A stretch of DNA of 63,427 nt, filler included, from Candidatus Hydrogenedentota bacterium (lineage in GTDB: Bacteria; JBFMHD01): the NCBI GenBank assembly GCA_040752395.1. It is 16 parts of 16 records of this genome, joined end to end, with 100 filler letters (N's around TTAATTAATTAA, not from the genome) between each part and the next. Parts side by side here need not be neighbours in the genome. Positions count along the whole stretch, not along the records: positions 9,013 to 11,094 come from JBFMHD010000316.1; positions 11,195 to 13,250 come from JBFMHD010000317.1; positions 13,351 to 15,366 come from JBFMHD010000319.1; positions 15,467 to 32,430 come from JBFMHD010000032.1; 12 more parts are not named here. One strand, given 5' to 3'. Below are positions 10,374 through 20,078 of this stretch, one piece after another. The number at the start of each line of letters is the position of its first letter. Within the stretch, counting starts at the first letter, position 1. A program made the translations under genes and the position numbers. The notes below the pieces were generated by a model. That model had not been told where the DNA came from and did not search any database. It saw only the letters and a program-made list of their open reading frames with translations.

Positions 10374-11054
10374 ATGCGAGAACTCGAACTGCAATTGTAT
10401 AAAACAATGTGTAAAATACGATTCTTTGAAGAAAAAATCTGTAGCGTATATTCAAAACAGGATATGAGAACACCTGTACATCTATGCATCGGTCAGGAAG
10501 CCATAGCATCCGGGGTCTGTGCTAATCTAAGAGATGATGATATATTATTCAGCACACATAGAGGCCACGGTCATTATATTGCTAAAGGAGGTGATTTATT
10601 AAAACTTGTACTTGAGCTTTATGGCAAGAAAGCGGGTTGCAGTGGTGGTCGTGGTGGGTCTATGCATCTCTGCGATCCGCAAAAAGGTATGCCTGGTTTC
10701 AGTGCCATTGTATCTGGTGTTGTCCCTGTAGCAGTTGGCTATGCATTCGCTATAAAATATAAGAATGAGAAAAGAATCAGCTGTGTATTTTTCGGTGACG
10801 GCGCTGTTGATGAAGGAACTCTTTATGAAAGTTTTAATCTCGCAGCTTTAAAAAGATTGCCAGTCCTTTTTATCTGCGAAAATAATTTCTATGCCACCTC
10901 TTCTCACATTAGAAATAGATACGCTGTTTTTAATCTGCCAGATAAAGCAAAAAGTTTCGGGGTGCCAGGTTACAGAAAAGATGGTAACGATGTCTTAGAA
11001 ATTTATAATTTAAGCAGGGATTTAATTGGGAAGATACGTAATACACTCAATTAA
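10374..11054 (+). pseudogene. TPP-dependent dehydrogenase E1 alpha subunit, C-terminally truncated
   Basis: HLCIGQEA, GRGGSMH, FFGDGA..ENN; stops before the expected TYR..H..D region. Confidence 0.65.
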
Positions 11055-11194
11055 ATATGGAGATGAATTATCACGCATCTTCCCAATTAAATCCNNNNNN
11101 NNNNNNNNNNNNNNNNNNNNNNNNNNNNNNNNNNNNNNTTAATTAATTAANNNNNNNNNNNNNNNNNNNNNNNNNNNNNNNNNNNNNNNNNNNN

Positions 11195-11560
11195 AAAGAT
11201 AATCTCTGTATTTATTCTTATTTAACAATGAATGATATGAAAAAAATACGTGCGACCGCTGGTGATACCGAGGATCTAATAAATTATCTCAGAGAACATA
11301 AAGATGCTTTGATTGTTATACTTTTCAGAGAGATAGGAAAAAACAAAATAAAAATAAATTTTCGAACAAAAGGGAACATAGATATATTACCTCTTGCAAG
11401 AGGATATAACGGAGGCGGGCATAAATTTGCCTGTGGCGCCCTGTGTAGTGGTAATCTAAAAGATGTAATAAAACTTATTATAACTGATACAGAAAATTTT
11501 ATAAAGAAGAATGTAGGGTTGGAGTATTCCCGTGATCAATGGTATGCTTCTTATAGATAA
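11195..11560 (+). CDS. nrnA: DHH-family phosphoesterase NrnA, C-terminal DHHA1 part (5'-partial)
   Basis: KINFR..GGGHKFACG motif; upstream of truB-ribF. Confidence 0.75.
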   Translation, partial: KDNLCIYSYLTMNDMKKIRATAGDTEDLINYLREHKDALIVILFREIGKNKIKINFRTKGNIDILPLARGYNGGGHKFACGALCSGNLKDVIKLIITDTENFIKKNVGLEYSRDQWYASYR

Positions 11561-12407
11561 GGAAAGTGGTCGCACCTCGAATGAAGTCGTGATGTATTTT
11601 AAGAAAAGGTTTAAACAGAGTAAAGTAGGTCATGGTGGGACACTTGATCCGCATGCCACAGGACTGCTTATAATTTTACTTGGTAATGCCACAAGGTTTT
11701 TCGAGTATATAATAGAGCTGGAAAAAGAATATCTATTTACTGTGCAATTTGGAGCTGCTACAACGACTTTCGATGCCTGTGGCGAAAAGATAAAACAGAG
11801 CACAAAAAAAATTAAAGCTTTTGATGTTTTTAATCTTTTGAAAGAGTTTACAGGTGAGATAGAACAGATCCCACCGATGTATTCAGCTAAAAAAATGGAA
11901 GGCAAACCGCTGTATAAACTTGCAAGAAAAGGGATCGAGGTAAAGAGAAGACCAAAAAAGGTAAGAGTCTATACACTTGAGATGATAAGTTTTGATGAGG
12001 ATAAACAGCGTGCTGTATTACGTGGTGTGGTTGGCAGAGGAACATATATCCGTGCTCTTGCCAACGATATGGGTGAAAAGCTCGGCGTATATGGTTTCTG
12101 CGATGAGATACGTAGAACCCGGATAGGCGACCATAAAGTTGAAAATGCTACGAAGTTTTTATTACTTCAGGAAGACAAAACAAAAGCTGAAATAATAAAT
12201 TCAGGAAACATTCTCCCTAATATAGAAAGACGGGAGATATCAAAAGAAGAAAGGCAGATGTTAAAAAACGGTAATATCATAAAAATCAATGTTACTCCAA
12301 ATGTGAATAAATTGGTAAGACTTTTTGAAAACAATGATTTTATAGGATTAGGTAAAATTGAGTTCGGATTTCTAAAATCAATTCGACTGATAGGAGACCA
12401 CACATAG
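11532..12407 (+). CDS. truB: tRNA pseudouridine(55) synthase
   Basis: GHGGTLDP.ATG, QIPPMYSA, GTYIR. Confidence 0.95.
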   Translation: MINGMLLIDKESGRTSNEVVMYFKKRFKQSKVGHGGTLDPHATGLLIILLGNATRFFEYIIELEKEYLFTVQFGAATTTFDACGEKIKQSTKKIKAFDVFNLLKEFTGEIEQIPPMYSAKKMEGKPLYKLARKGIEVKRRPKKVRVYTLEMISFDEDKQRAVLRGVVGRGTYIRALANDMGEKLGVYGFCDEIRRTRIGDHKVENATKFLLLQEDKTKAEIINSGNILPNIERREISKEERQMLKNGNIIKINVTPNVNKLVRLFENNDFIGLGKIEFGFLKSIRLIGDHT

Positions 12408-12409
12408 AT

Positions 12410-12626
12410 CTGATACTTCTTACTTCTTACTTTTTTCGAAGGAGTCAACATGAGCGCGGGTTGCGCTCTACACAATATATGAAAAACTAAAGATGATATG
12501 AAAAGAGTCGTGAGTCGTGAGTCAAAACAGGACTCGAGACTCAAGACTTTTCATAGGGGGCTCCAGCCGGCTGTAGTCCGTAGCCTGTACCCCGAATTAT
12601 TAGAGTTACAGCGTTTTTCAGAGGAG
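12410..12626 (+). repeat. Composite modular element between truB and ribF
   Basis: REP, hub, GAGTC and GGCT hairpins, terminus 12596-12626. Confidence 0.92.
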
Positions 12627-12631
12627 AATAG

Positions 12632-13250
12632 TTGAATATATATTTTGATTTTACCAACCTGAATATAAAATCAGTATTTGTTGGAGTTGGTATATTCGAC
12701 GGCGTGCACCGGGGTCATCAGGAGATAATAAAAATATTAAAAGAAAACGCTAAAAAATATAATAGCGAGACCTGTGTTCTTACATTCTACCCCCATCCCG
12801 TAGAAATACTCGCAAATAAAGAATTTGAATATTTACAGACTCTTGATGAAAGACTCGAAACGTTGAAAGAAGCCGGTATTAAGCATACTATCTGTGTTTT
12901 ATTTGATGAACATTTTGCAAAACTAAATCCTGATGATTTCTTTAATAATTATATCTTTAAACATCTTAAACCCAATGGTATGGTAGTAGGAGAAAATTTC
13001 AGATTTGGTAAAGATAGAAAAGGTGATACTCCTTTACTTGAAAATTTATGTAAACAGCATAAAATTAAATTTTGTGTTGTTGATTCAATTAAATATAATA
13101 ATGAAATTATCTCTTCGACCAATATAAGAGAAAAACTTAAAAACAGTGATTTTAAGTCAGCTTATTCAATGCTTGGCAGAAGATTTTACTGGATAGGTGT
13201 GGTTACAAAAGGTAAAGGGCTTGGTCGCAAAATAGGGTTCCCTACAATTA
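12632..13250 (+). CDS. ribF: Bifunctional riboflavin kinase/FAD synthetase, 3'-partial
   Basis: GIFDGVHRGH, TFYPHP, FRFG, ISST.IR, GRKIGFPT. Confidence 0.95.
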
Positions 13251-13351
13251 NNNNNNNNNNNNNNNNNNNNNNNNNNNNNNNNNNNNNNNNNNNNTTAATT
13301 AATTAANNNNNNNNNNNNNNNNNNNNNNNNNNNNNNNNNNNNNNNNNNNNA

Positions 13352-13523
13352 AATTAATTGCTCAAACTCAACTGGACTTAAATACCCTAATGATGAATGA
13401 AGATGATCCCCGTTATATAACTCTATCCCTTCTGAAATACCCAAAACCGCTTCCTCATATCTCTCCCAATCTGATATTCAGATAGTTTCTTCTTTAACTG
13501 TTCGTATTACTCGTTCTGTATGG
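13352..13523 (-). pseudogene. IS3/IS481-type transposase C-terminal remnant
   Basis: Manual translation HTERVIRTVKEETI*ISDW...LYNGDHLHSSLGYLSPVEFE with an internal stop. Confidence 0.75.
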
Positions 13524-13537
13524 AGCTGATAGAAAAA

Positions 13538-13625
13538 ACTTTGTGCCTCTGTCACTTTGTGCCTTTGTGCCTTTGTGCCTCTTTTCCTCCCCTTTAAAGT
13601 GTCTCATGTTTCAGGGGGCAGTATA
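13538..13625 (-). repeat. Composite element fragment
   Basis: TTTGTGCC array plus TTTCCTCCCCTTTAAAGTGTCTCA.GTTTCAGGGG, near identical to 146-210. Confidence 0.85.
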
Positions 13626-13725
13626 ATTTTCTTCATTTAAGTCTAACGTCTGGTCTCTATGGTCTACTGTCTGAATTGCAATAAATCGCTTGCAGTTTTA
13701 TCTATTTAATGTTATTCATCTCATT

Positions 13726-14631
13726 ATGAAAACTTGTTTTTCCACAAGTCTCAATCCTTTAATGATAGGGCTTCCAGGACCTGAACTTACGAAAGATGAT
13801 GAACAAAGATTATTGCGAATAAAGCCCGCATCAGTAATCCTTTTTACAAGAAATTTTGTTTCTGTTTCGCAAATTAAATCACTCATCCAGAAAGTTAAAG
13901 AACTCTTACCTGGTGTTTTAATCGCAGTTGACCATGAGGGTGGCAGAGTCGTAAGGTTTCCAGAACATTTACCGCCATTACCTGCACCGCGAACCTTTGG
14001 TGAAGAAAGAAATACAAAAAAAATGTTTGAAGCCGCAAAAATCGCTGCATATGCCTTGAAAGACTGGGGGATTGATTTAAATCTCGCACCAGTTGTCGAT
14101 ATCCTAATGCCTTCAAGTCATCCAAGAATGATTGATAGATGCTTTGGCTCTGATCCTGAACTCATCTCAGATATGGCTAATGCTTTTATTGAAGGTATGC
14201 ATCAAGGCGGAATATTATGTTGCGCTAAACATTTCCCTGGTGTAGGACCCGCAGAGCTTGACCCACATGAGACTGATACAATAGTAAAAACTACTAAAAA
14301 AGAACAGGAATACCATCTAAAACCATTCAAATCTGCAATAAAATCCAATGTTGAGTGCATTATGATTTCACATATAAAATATCTTGGTATAGACCCAGAT
14401 TCCCCTGCTACACTATCTAAAACAATTATTACTGACATATTACGTGATGAACTTGGTTTTAGCAGAACAATACTCTCTGATGATCTTGAGATGTCGGCGA
14501 TACAAAAAGCCTATTCTATGGAAGAAGCAGCAGAACGAGCTCTAAAATCAGGTTGCGATATTTTATTATCCTGTAAAGATACCTCTTTACAAGACCGTGC
14601 TTTTAATACATTATGTAACCGCTCATTATAG
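13726..14631 (+). CDS. nagZ: Beta-N-acetylhexosaminidase (GH3)
   Basis: AVDHEGGRV, APVVD, KHFPG..DPH, SDDLEM. Confidence 0.9.
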   Translation: MKTCFSTSLNPLMIGLPGPELTKDDEQRLLRIKPASVILFTRNFVSVSQIKSLIQKVKELLPGVLIAVDHEGGRVVRFPEHLPPLPAPRTFGEERNTKKMFEAAKIAAYALKDWGIDLNLAPVVDILMPSSHPRMIDRCFGSDPELISDMANAFIEGMHQGGILCCAKHFPGVGPAELDPHETDTIVKTTKKEQEYHLKPFKSAIKSNVECIMISHIKYLGIDPDSPATLSKTIITDILRDELGFSRTILSDDLEMSAIQKAYSMEEAAERALKSGCDILLSCKDTSLQDRAFNTLCNRSL

Positions 14632-14974
14632 ATAACGAAAGAAGCAAGAAGCAAGATAACGGAAAAGAAAGATAACGAAAGAGGCACAGAGGCACAAAGT
14701 ATGAAAAAGATAGGAGTTAGGAGTTCGTAATAATAGATACGAGCTCCGAACTCCGAACTTTTTCAGAGGAGTCGTCATGAGCGCGGGTTGCGCTCTACAC
14801 AAGGTATGAAAAACTAAAGATGATATGTTGGCTTCAGGCTACGGGCTTTTGTCTCCAGCCGGCTGTAGTCCGTAGCCTGTGGCCTGTAGCCTGTCCTGAT
14901 ACCTCTCACTTCTTCCGTTATCTTGCTTCTTGCTTCTACTTGATATCATTAGAGTTACAATGTTTTTAGAGGAG
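14632..14974 (+). repeat. Composite modular element, most complete copy
   Basis: GCAAGAA arm, GGCACA, GGAGTT hairpin, REP, hub, GGCT hairpin, TTCTTGC arm, terminus. Confidence 0.92.
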
Positions 14975-14984
14975 AACTTAACTT

Positions 14985-15191
14985 ATGCTTTTGAGATTTG
15001 AAAAACTTGGTTATATAACCTACGTTAATACTGATAACATGACAAAAGCAACTTTTACAAAAAGAGATATTACTTTTACCTTTGTCGACGGCACTCAGAA
15101 AGAGTTCATTATAAAAGAGGATATATCAGAGGAACAAGTAAAAGCATTGCTTGAACAACTCGATTCAGTTATTCCACGAAAACAAGGCTGA
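14985..15191 (+). CDS. Small hypothetical protein
   Basis: 68 aa, GAGGAG SD from the element terminus. Confidence 0.65.
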   Translation: MLLRFEKLGYITYVNTDNMTKATFTKRDITFTFVDGTQKEFIIKEDISEEQVKALLEQLDSVIPRKQG

Positions 15192-15199
15192 AATAGAGT

Positions 15200-15366
15200 T
15201 TAAAATTCATATTCTACTGATACATTAATACTCTCTTTAACAGAATCTATTCGTAGAGCTGATTCTTGTTTATAATCGCGTTTGGTAACATAACCATGAA
15301 CATTGAATCTTAACGTATCAGATAGATTATGTATCCAGTCTGCTGTGTAAGTGTGTGAGCGGTTGT
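15200..15366 (-). CDS. 3' fragment of probable outer-membrane beta-barrel protein
   Basis: Manual translation ends INVSVEYEF*, an amphipathic strand with terminal Phe. Confidence 0.55.
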
Positions 15367-15466
15367 NNNNNNNNNNNNNNNNNNNNNNNNNNNNNNNNNN
15401 NNNNNNNNNNTTAATTAATTAANNNNNNNNNNNNNNNNNNNNNNNNNNNNNNNNNNNNNNNNNNNN

Positions 15467-15578
15467 AGGCAGTGCCTCAACCCATTCTGCCATTCGGTAG
15501 CTGCTATGCCATAGTGCAAAATTGAATTATTTGCACAAAAAGCAGAGACCTTGTTGTCAAAGAGACGGATGAGGCAGT
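15467..15578 (-). repeat. Second repeat family, copy 2
   Basis: Reverse complement aligns with 9013-9122. Confidence 0.75.
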
Positions 15579-15745
15579 AAGAGAGCCGAATTATCATTTG
15601 GCACTTACTTTGTGCCCTTCTGTCGCTTCGCTCCATTGTAAAATTGTAAATTATAAATTTATTTGCTCTCCTACGGGTCTAAAGACCCTTACTACTTTGT
15701 GCCTCTGTACCTCAACTGGGGGAGGCAGGGTTGGGTGAAGCAATT

Positions 15746-16966
15746 ATGAAAAAGAATTATCCTGTATTACTTGTCAGTCAGTTTCTTGGAGCCTTTGGCG
15801 ATAACGCTGTACTTGCAGTCATACTCGGTCAGCTCACTTTCTTACATCTAAAAGGTCTAATCTCTGAAACTGAGATAGGTATAGCAAATGCTATATATAC
15901 ATCGCTCCTTTTTATACCATACATCCTCCTTGCACCATATTCAGGTTTTCTAAATGACAGGTTTGCAAAAACCGACTGGTTATTAGGCGGCAACATTATC
16001 AAACTTGCCGGCAGTATAATGATAGTTTTAAGTTTAATATCAAGTAAATATCTGCAGGGGCTTGGTTATCTTATTATAGGGATCGGTGCTTGTATCTACT
16101 CACCTGCTAAATACGGTATACTACCTGAGATACTACCACGTGAGCAGCTCGTAAAGGCTAATGGTACGATTGAGATGCTCACAATTGTTGCAATTTTAAG
16201 CGGAACACTAATAGGAGCGAGAATCGTTGATAAATTACCTGTTTTTGTTTGCTATCTTATAATTATAGTTATCTATCTCATCTCAAGTATTTTGATTCTA
16301 TTTATGCAAAAAACACCTAAAAATTTAGAGACAAAATTAAAAGAGAGCATTGGTGAGTTTTACAATAATTTGATGTATCTAATAACTCATATCCGTCTCT
16401 CCAGGGTACTTTTAGGTACTGCTATATTCTGGGTTTGCGGTGCCTGTATGAAAATGAATATGCAGCCCTGGGGCCTGCAGGTTCTAAAATTGGAAACTAA
16501 CACAGAGATAGCATATCTCGGGTTATGGCTAAGTTTTGGTATTATGGCAGGGAGCATCTTATCAGGCCAACTTCATAAAATCGGTGATTTAACCTGGACG
16601 AGAAGATATGGCTGGCTGCTTGCTATCTTGTTATTGTCTCTTGGTTTTATAACCAGGCACAATTTAGTAATTATTTTACTTTTATTAGCAGGCTCGAGTG
16701 CAGGCCTGTTTCTGATCCCGTTAAATGCGGTTCTGCAGGCTGAGACATCAAAACAAAAAATGGGCAAAACTATAGCTACTCAAAACTTTATAGAAAACAT
16801 AGCTATGATAATCGGCGGTATATTAATATTTTGTGCAAGAAAAATAGGTTTGTCATCCTCACAAATTTTTATATACTTGTCTATTATAGTGTTTTTTATA
16901 GTCTACTTTTTAAAATTTACGTCCATTTGTAGTAATAACTCAGAAGGTGTGAAAAAGCAGTTATAG
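15746..16966 (+). CDS. lplT: MFS lysophospholipid transporter
   Basis: QFLGAFGDN, YSPAKYGILPE, VKANG; adjacent to aas. Confidence 0.85.
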   Translation: MKKNYPVLLVSQFLGAFGDNAVLAVILGQLTFLHLKGLISETEIGIANAIYTSLLFIPYILLAPYSGFLNDRFAKTDWLLGGNIIKLAGSIMIVLSLISSKYLQGLGYLIIGIGACIYSPAKYGILPEILPREQLVKANGTIEMLTIVAILSGTLIGARIVDKLPVFVCYLIIIVIYLISSILILFMQKTPKNLETKLKESIGEFYNNLMYLITHIRLSRVLLGTAIFWVCGACMKMNMQPWGLQVLKLETNTEIAYLGLWLSFGIMAGSILSGQLHKIGDLTWTRRYGWLLAILLLSLGFITRHNLVIILLLLAGSSAGLFLIPLNAVLQAETSKQKMGKTIATQNFIENIAMIIGGILIFCARKIGLSSSQIFIYLSIIVFFIVYFLKFTSICSNNSEGVKKQL

Positions 16967-17098
16967 TAAGATAACGAAAGAAGTAGACCCCCACACCAAT
17001 TGTCAAAAAACAACAGATGTTCAATGAATAATTGGTGTAGGAACAAAAAGCAAGATTAATGATTTCTACAAAAACGTGTTTTAAAGCAGGATCGGATA

Positions 17099-19243
17099 AT
17101 GTTTAAAGCTATTTGTAAATTTTTGGTAAAATTATTATTTCGGTTCAAAAGTTATAATGAAGCTGTTGTAAATACCAATGGTCCGGTACTTTTGCTACCT
17201 AACCATGTATCCTGGCTCGACTGGATGTTTATAGGTGTCTGTCTTGAGGATGATTGGAAATTTGTTACTTCAAGAGAGGTTTCGCAGCGGGGCTGGCTTT
17301 ATAAAAAGATTATGGACACACCGCGAACCTTTACAATAGACCCTGCTTCCTCGTTTGCCGTGAAAGAGATCGCAAGATATTTACAAAAAGGCGGGAGGCT
17401 GGTTTTATTCCCTGAAGGTCGTATAACAAAAACAGCAAGTTTAATGAAAATATATGAAGGTACCGGGTTTTTAATTTATAAAACAAACCCAAACGTGATC
17501 ATAGCTTATATCCGTGGCGGAAATCGAACCAAATTCGCAAGTCATTCTGGCTGGAAACAATTTTTCCCAAAAGTTACAGTACATTTCAGCAATATATTAA
17601 AACCACCAGAATTGCATAACACCTCAACTGTCCAGGCACGTAAAATCCTGAGCAACTGGTTACACGATAAAATGGTTGAACATCAGTTCAATGTAGAGAT
17701 GAAATTCGGGCCAAAGACAATACCATGCGCAATAAGTGAGATTTCTAAATTAAAAGCCTCTCGGACTATATTAGAAGATGTAAATAGAAAAACTTTAAAA
17801 TATAGGGACTTAATTATCGGCTGCGATTTGCTCTCAGACAGATTATCTAAAATACTGCATAATAGCGAAAAAAATATCGGTGTTTTAATGCCTAATGTTA
17901 ATGCTACGGTTGCACTTTTGTTGAGTCTATGGGATATAGATAAAGTTCCGGCTATATTGAATTACACCTCAGGTCCTGCGATAATGCTTATCTGTTCACA
18001 GCTTGCACAATTAAAAACGATTATCACTTCATCTGAATTTGTTGAACGAGCAAAGATCAATCTTGGTGATTTTAAAAAAGTTGGGATAAAAATCATATTT
18101 CTTGAAGATATAAAAAAAAGTATCTCGATAATTAAAAAAGTACTCAAGGTTTTTAAATATTTTACCTCTGGTATTTCATTAAAAGATAGATCAAGAAGTA
18201 TTGAAACCGATATTGCGGTAATTTTATTTACAAGCGGTTCTGAGAACATACCAAAAGGTGTTGTTCTCACTCACAGGAATATAATCTCAAATCTTAAACA
18301 GATGCTCTCAGTAATAGATATCCAGGACAGTGACCGCGCCTTTAATGCGCTCCCTTTATTTCACAGTTTTGGCTTGACTATCGGTATGCTATTACCTTTA
18401 TTTCGTGGTATCTTTACATTTATCTATCCAACACCGCTTCATTACCGTGCGATCCCAACGGTCATATATGATAGGAACTGCACAATAGTGCTTGCTACTA
18501 ACACATTTCTCAATGGTTATGCGAGAAAGGCTCATTCCTATGATTTCCGAAGTGTGCGTTATCTCTTTGCAGGTGCTGAAAAACTTCAAGAAGAGACAAA
18601 AGACCTCTGGTCGAGAAAATACGGTATCCGAATCTTAGAAGGATACGGTGCCACTGAGTGCAGCCCTTGTGTAAGCGTTAATACGCCGTTAACACCAAAA
18701 CACAATTCAGCAGGCAGACTTTTACCAAGCATAGAATACAAAATAGAGCCAGTTGAAGGAATCACTGATGGCGGCAGACTCTTTGTTCGTGGCCCTAATA
18801 TTATGTATGGCTATCTAAACCCTGATGAAAACAAAAAGTTTAAAGCATTAAACGGCTGGTACGATACAGGCGATATAGCCAGCATAGATTCTGAAGGTTT
18901 TGTGCATATATTAGGCAGACTTAAACGGTTTGCAAAGGTAAGCGGCGAGATGGTGAGTCTAACCGCGGTAGAAGAGATTTTGAGTTCCTCTTTCCCTCAC
19001 TACGGTTTACATTTCAATATAGCAATAATGAGTAAGCAGGACGAGGACAAGGGCGAGGTATTAATTGCTGTAACAAATGAGCCGAGACTAAAGCTTGAGG
19101 AGCTAAGAGCAGCTATAAAAGAGAGAGGTTTAAGTAATCTATATATCCCGCGTGAGATAAAATTAGTTAAAGAGATTCCTAAACTTGGCAGCGGAAAAAC
19201 TAACTACCGCGAACTCGAAAACCTGCTTAAAACTTGTCAGTAA
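17099..19243 (+). CDS. aas: 2-acylglycerophosphoethanolamine acyltransferase / acyl-ACP synthetase
   Basis: NHVSWLD and FPEG acyltransferase motifs; FTSGSE.PKG, EGYGATE, YDTGD AMP-binding motifs. Confidence 0.92.
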   Translation: MFKAICKFLVKLLFRFKSYNEAVVNTNGPVLLLPNHVSWLDWMFIGVCLEDDWKFVTSREVSQRGWLYKKIMDTPRTFTIDPASSFAVKEIARYLQKGGRLVLFPEGRITKTASLMKIYEGTGFLIYKTNPNVIIAYIRGGNRTKFASHSGWKQFFPKVTVHFSNILKPPELHNTSTVQARKILSNWLHDKMVEHQFNVEMKFGPKTIPCAISEISKLKASRTILEDVNRKTLKYRDLIIGCDLLSDRLSKILHNSEKNIGVLMPNVNATVALLLSLWDIDKVPAILNYTSGPAIMLICSQLAQLKTIITSSEFVERAKINLGDFKKVGIKIIFLEDIKKSISIIKKVLKVFKYFTSGISLKDRSRSIETDIAVILFTSGSENIPKGVVLTHRNIISNLKQMLSVIDIQDSDRAFNALPLFHSFGLTIGMLLPLFRGIFTFIYPTPLHYRAIPTVIYDRNCTIVLATNTFLNGYARKAHSYDFRSVRYLFAGAEKLQEETKDLWSRKYGIRILEGYGATECSPCVSVNTPLTPKHNSAGRLLPSIEYKIEPVEGITDGGRLFVRGPNIMYGYLNPDENKKFKALNGWYDTGDIASIDSEGFVHILGRLKRFAKVSGEMVSLTAVEEILSSSFPHYGLHFNIAIMSKQDEDKGEVLIAVTNEPRLKLEELRAAIKERGLSNLYIPREIKLVKEIPKLGSGKTNYRELENLLKTCQ

Positions 19244-20078
19244 AGGATGTTTTTTGAACAAATACATTCAGAGGCTTGGTAATAAATATATCTTTTTTTA
19301 ATTCTTTAAATTTTTTATCCTCGCTTTCTTTAACATAATTTTTCAATTTCCCTATGCCCTCTATTTCAACCTCAATCACATCCCCATCATTTAATCTACC
19401 AACCCCGGCCGGCGTACCTGTAAGAATTACATCCTGTGCCTCCATCTCAATAAAATTGCTGATATAACTTATCAGTTTAGGAACATTGAACAACATATCA
19501 TTTGTATTAGAATCCTGTACAACTTCTCCATTCCTGTATGTTCTTAATCTTCTGTTTTTCCATATTTTGTTATCATCAAGAATATTACCGATGGGACAAA
19601 AAGATTTAAATGATTTAGACCTGTACCATTGAATATCTCTTTTTTGTAAGTCTCTTGCTGTTACATCATTTGCACAAACATAACCTGCAATATAATCGAG
19701 TGACACAAACTCCGGCACTTTATAGCAATTTTTAAGTATCACGACCCCTATTTCACCCTCATACTCAACCTGTTCACTCTCGTTTGGTAGATAAATAATA
19801 TCACCCGAGGTAATAACCGATGCAGGGTCTTTATAAAAAACCAGCGGTTCTTTAGGAACCTCTTGTCCTAATTCTTTAATATGTTCTTTATAATTAAGGC
19901 CTATACCAAGGACCCGCTTAGGTGAAATTACTGGTAATAATTCTATATTACCAAGTCCTACCCTCTCACCTGCTGGTTCTAAGTGAGTAAATAGACTACC
20001 TGTGTATATTTCTATCTCATTTTCATCAAAACTGCCCCAGTATTCCTGATTCTTATACTTAAACCTTAGCCATCTCAT
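19227..20078 (-). CDS. Fumarylacetoacetate hydrolase family protein
   Basis: GLNY..H, YEGE, NDVTARD, LTGTPAGVG. Confidence 0.9.
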   Translation of the reverse strand: MRWLRFKYKNQEYWGSFDENEIEIYTGSLFTHLEPAGERVGLGNIELLPVISPKRVLGIGLNYKEHIKELGQEVPKEPLVFYKDPASVITSGDIIYLPNESEQVEYEGEIGVVILKNCYKVPEFVSLDYIAGYVCANDVTARDLQKRDIQWYRSKSFKSFCPIGNILDDNKIWKNRRLRTYRNGEVVQDSNTNDMLFNVPKLISYISNFIEMEAQDVILTGTPAGVGRLNDGDVIEVEIEGIGKLKNYVKESEDKKFKELKKDIFITKPLNVFVQKTSFTDKF

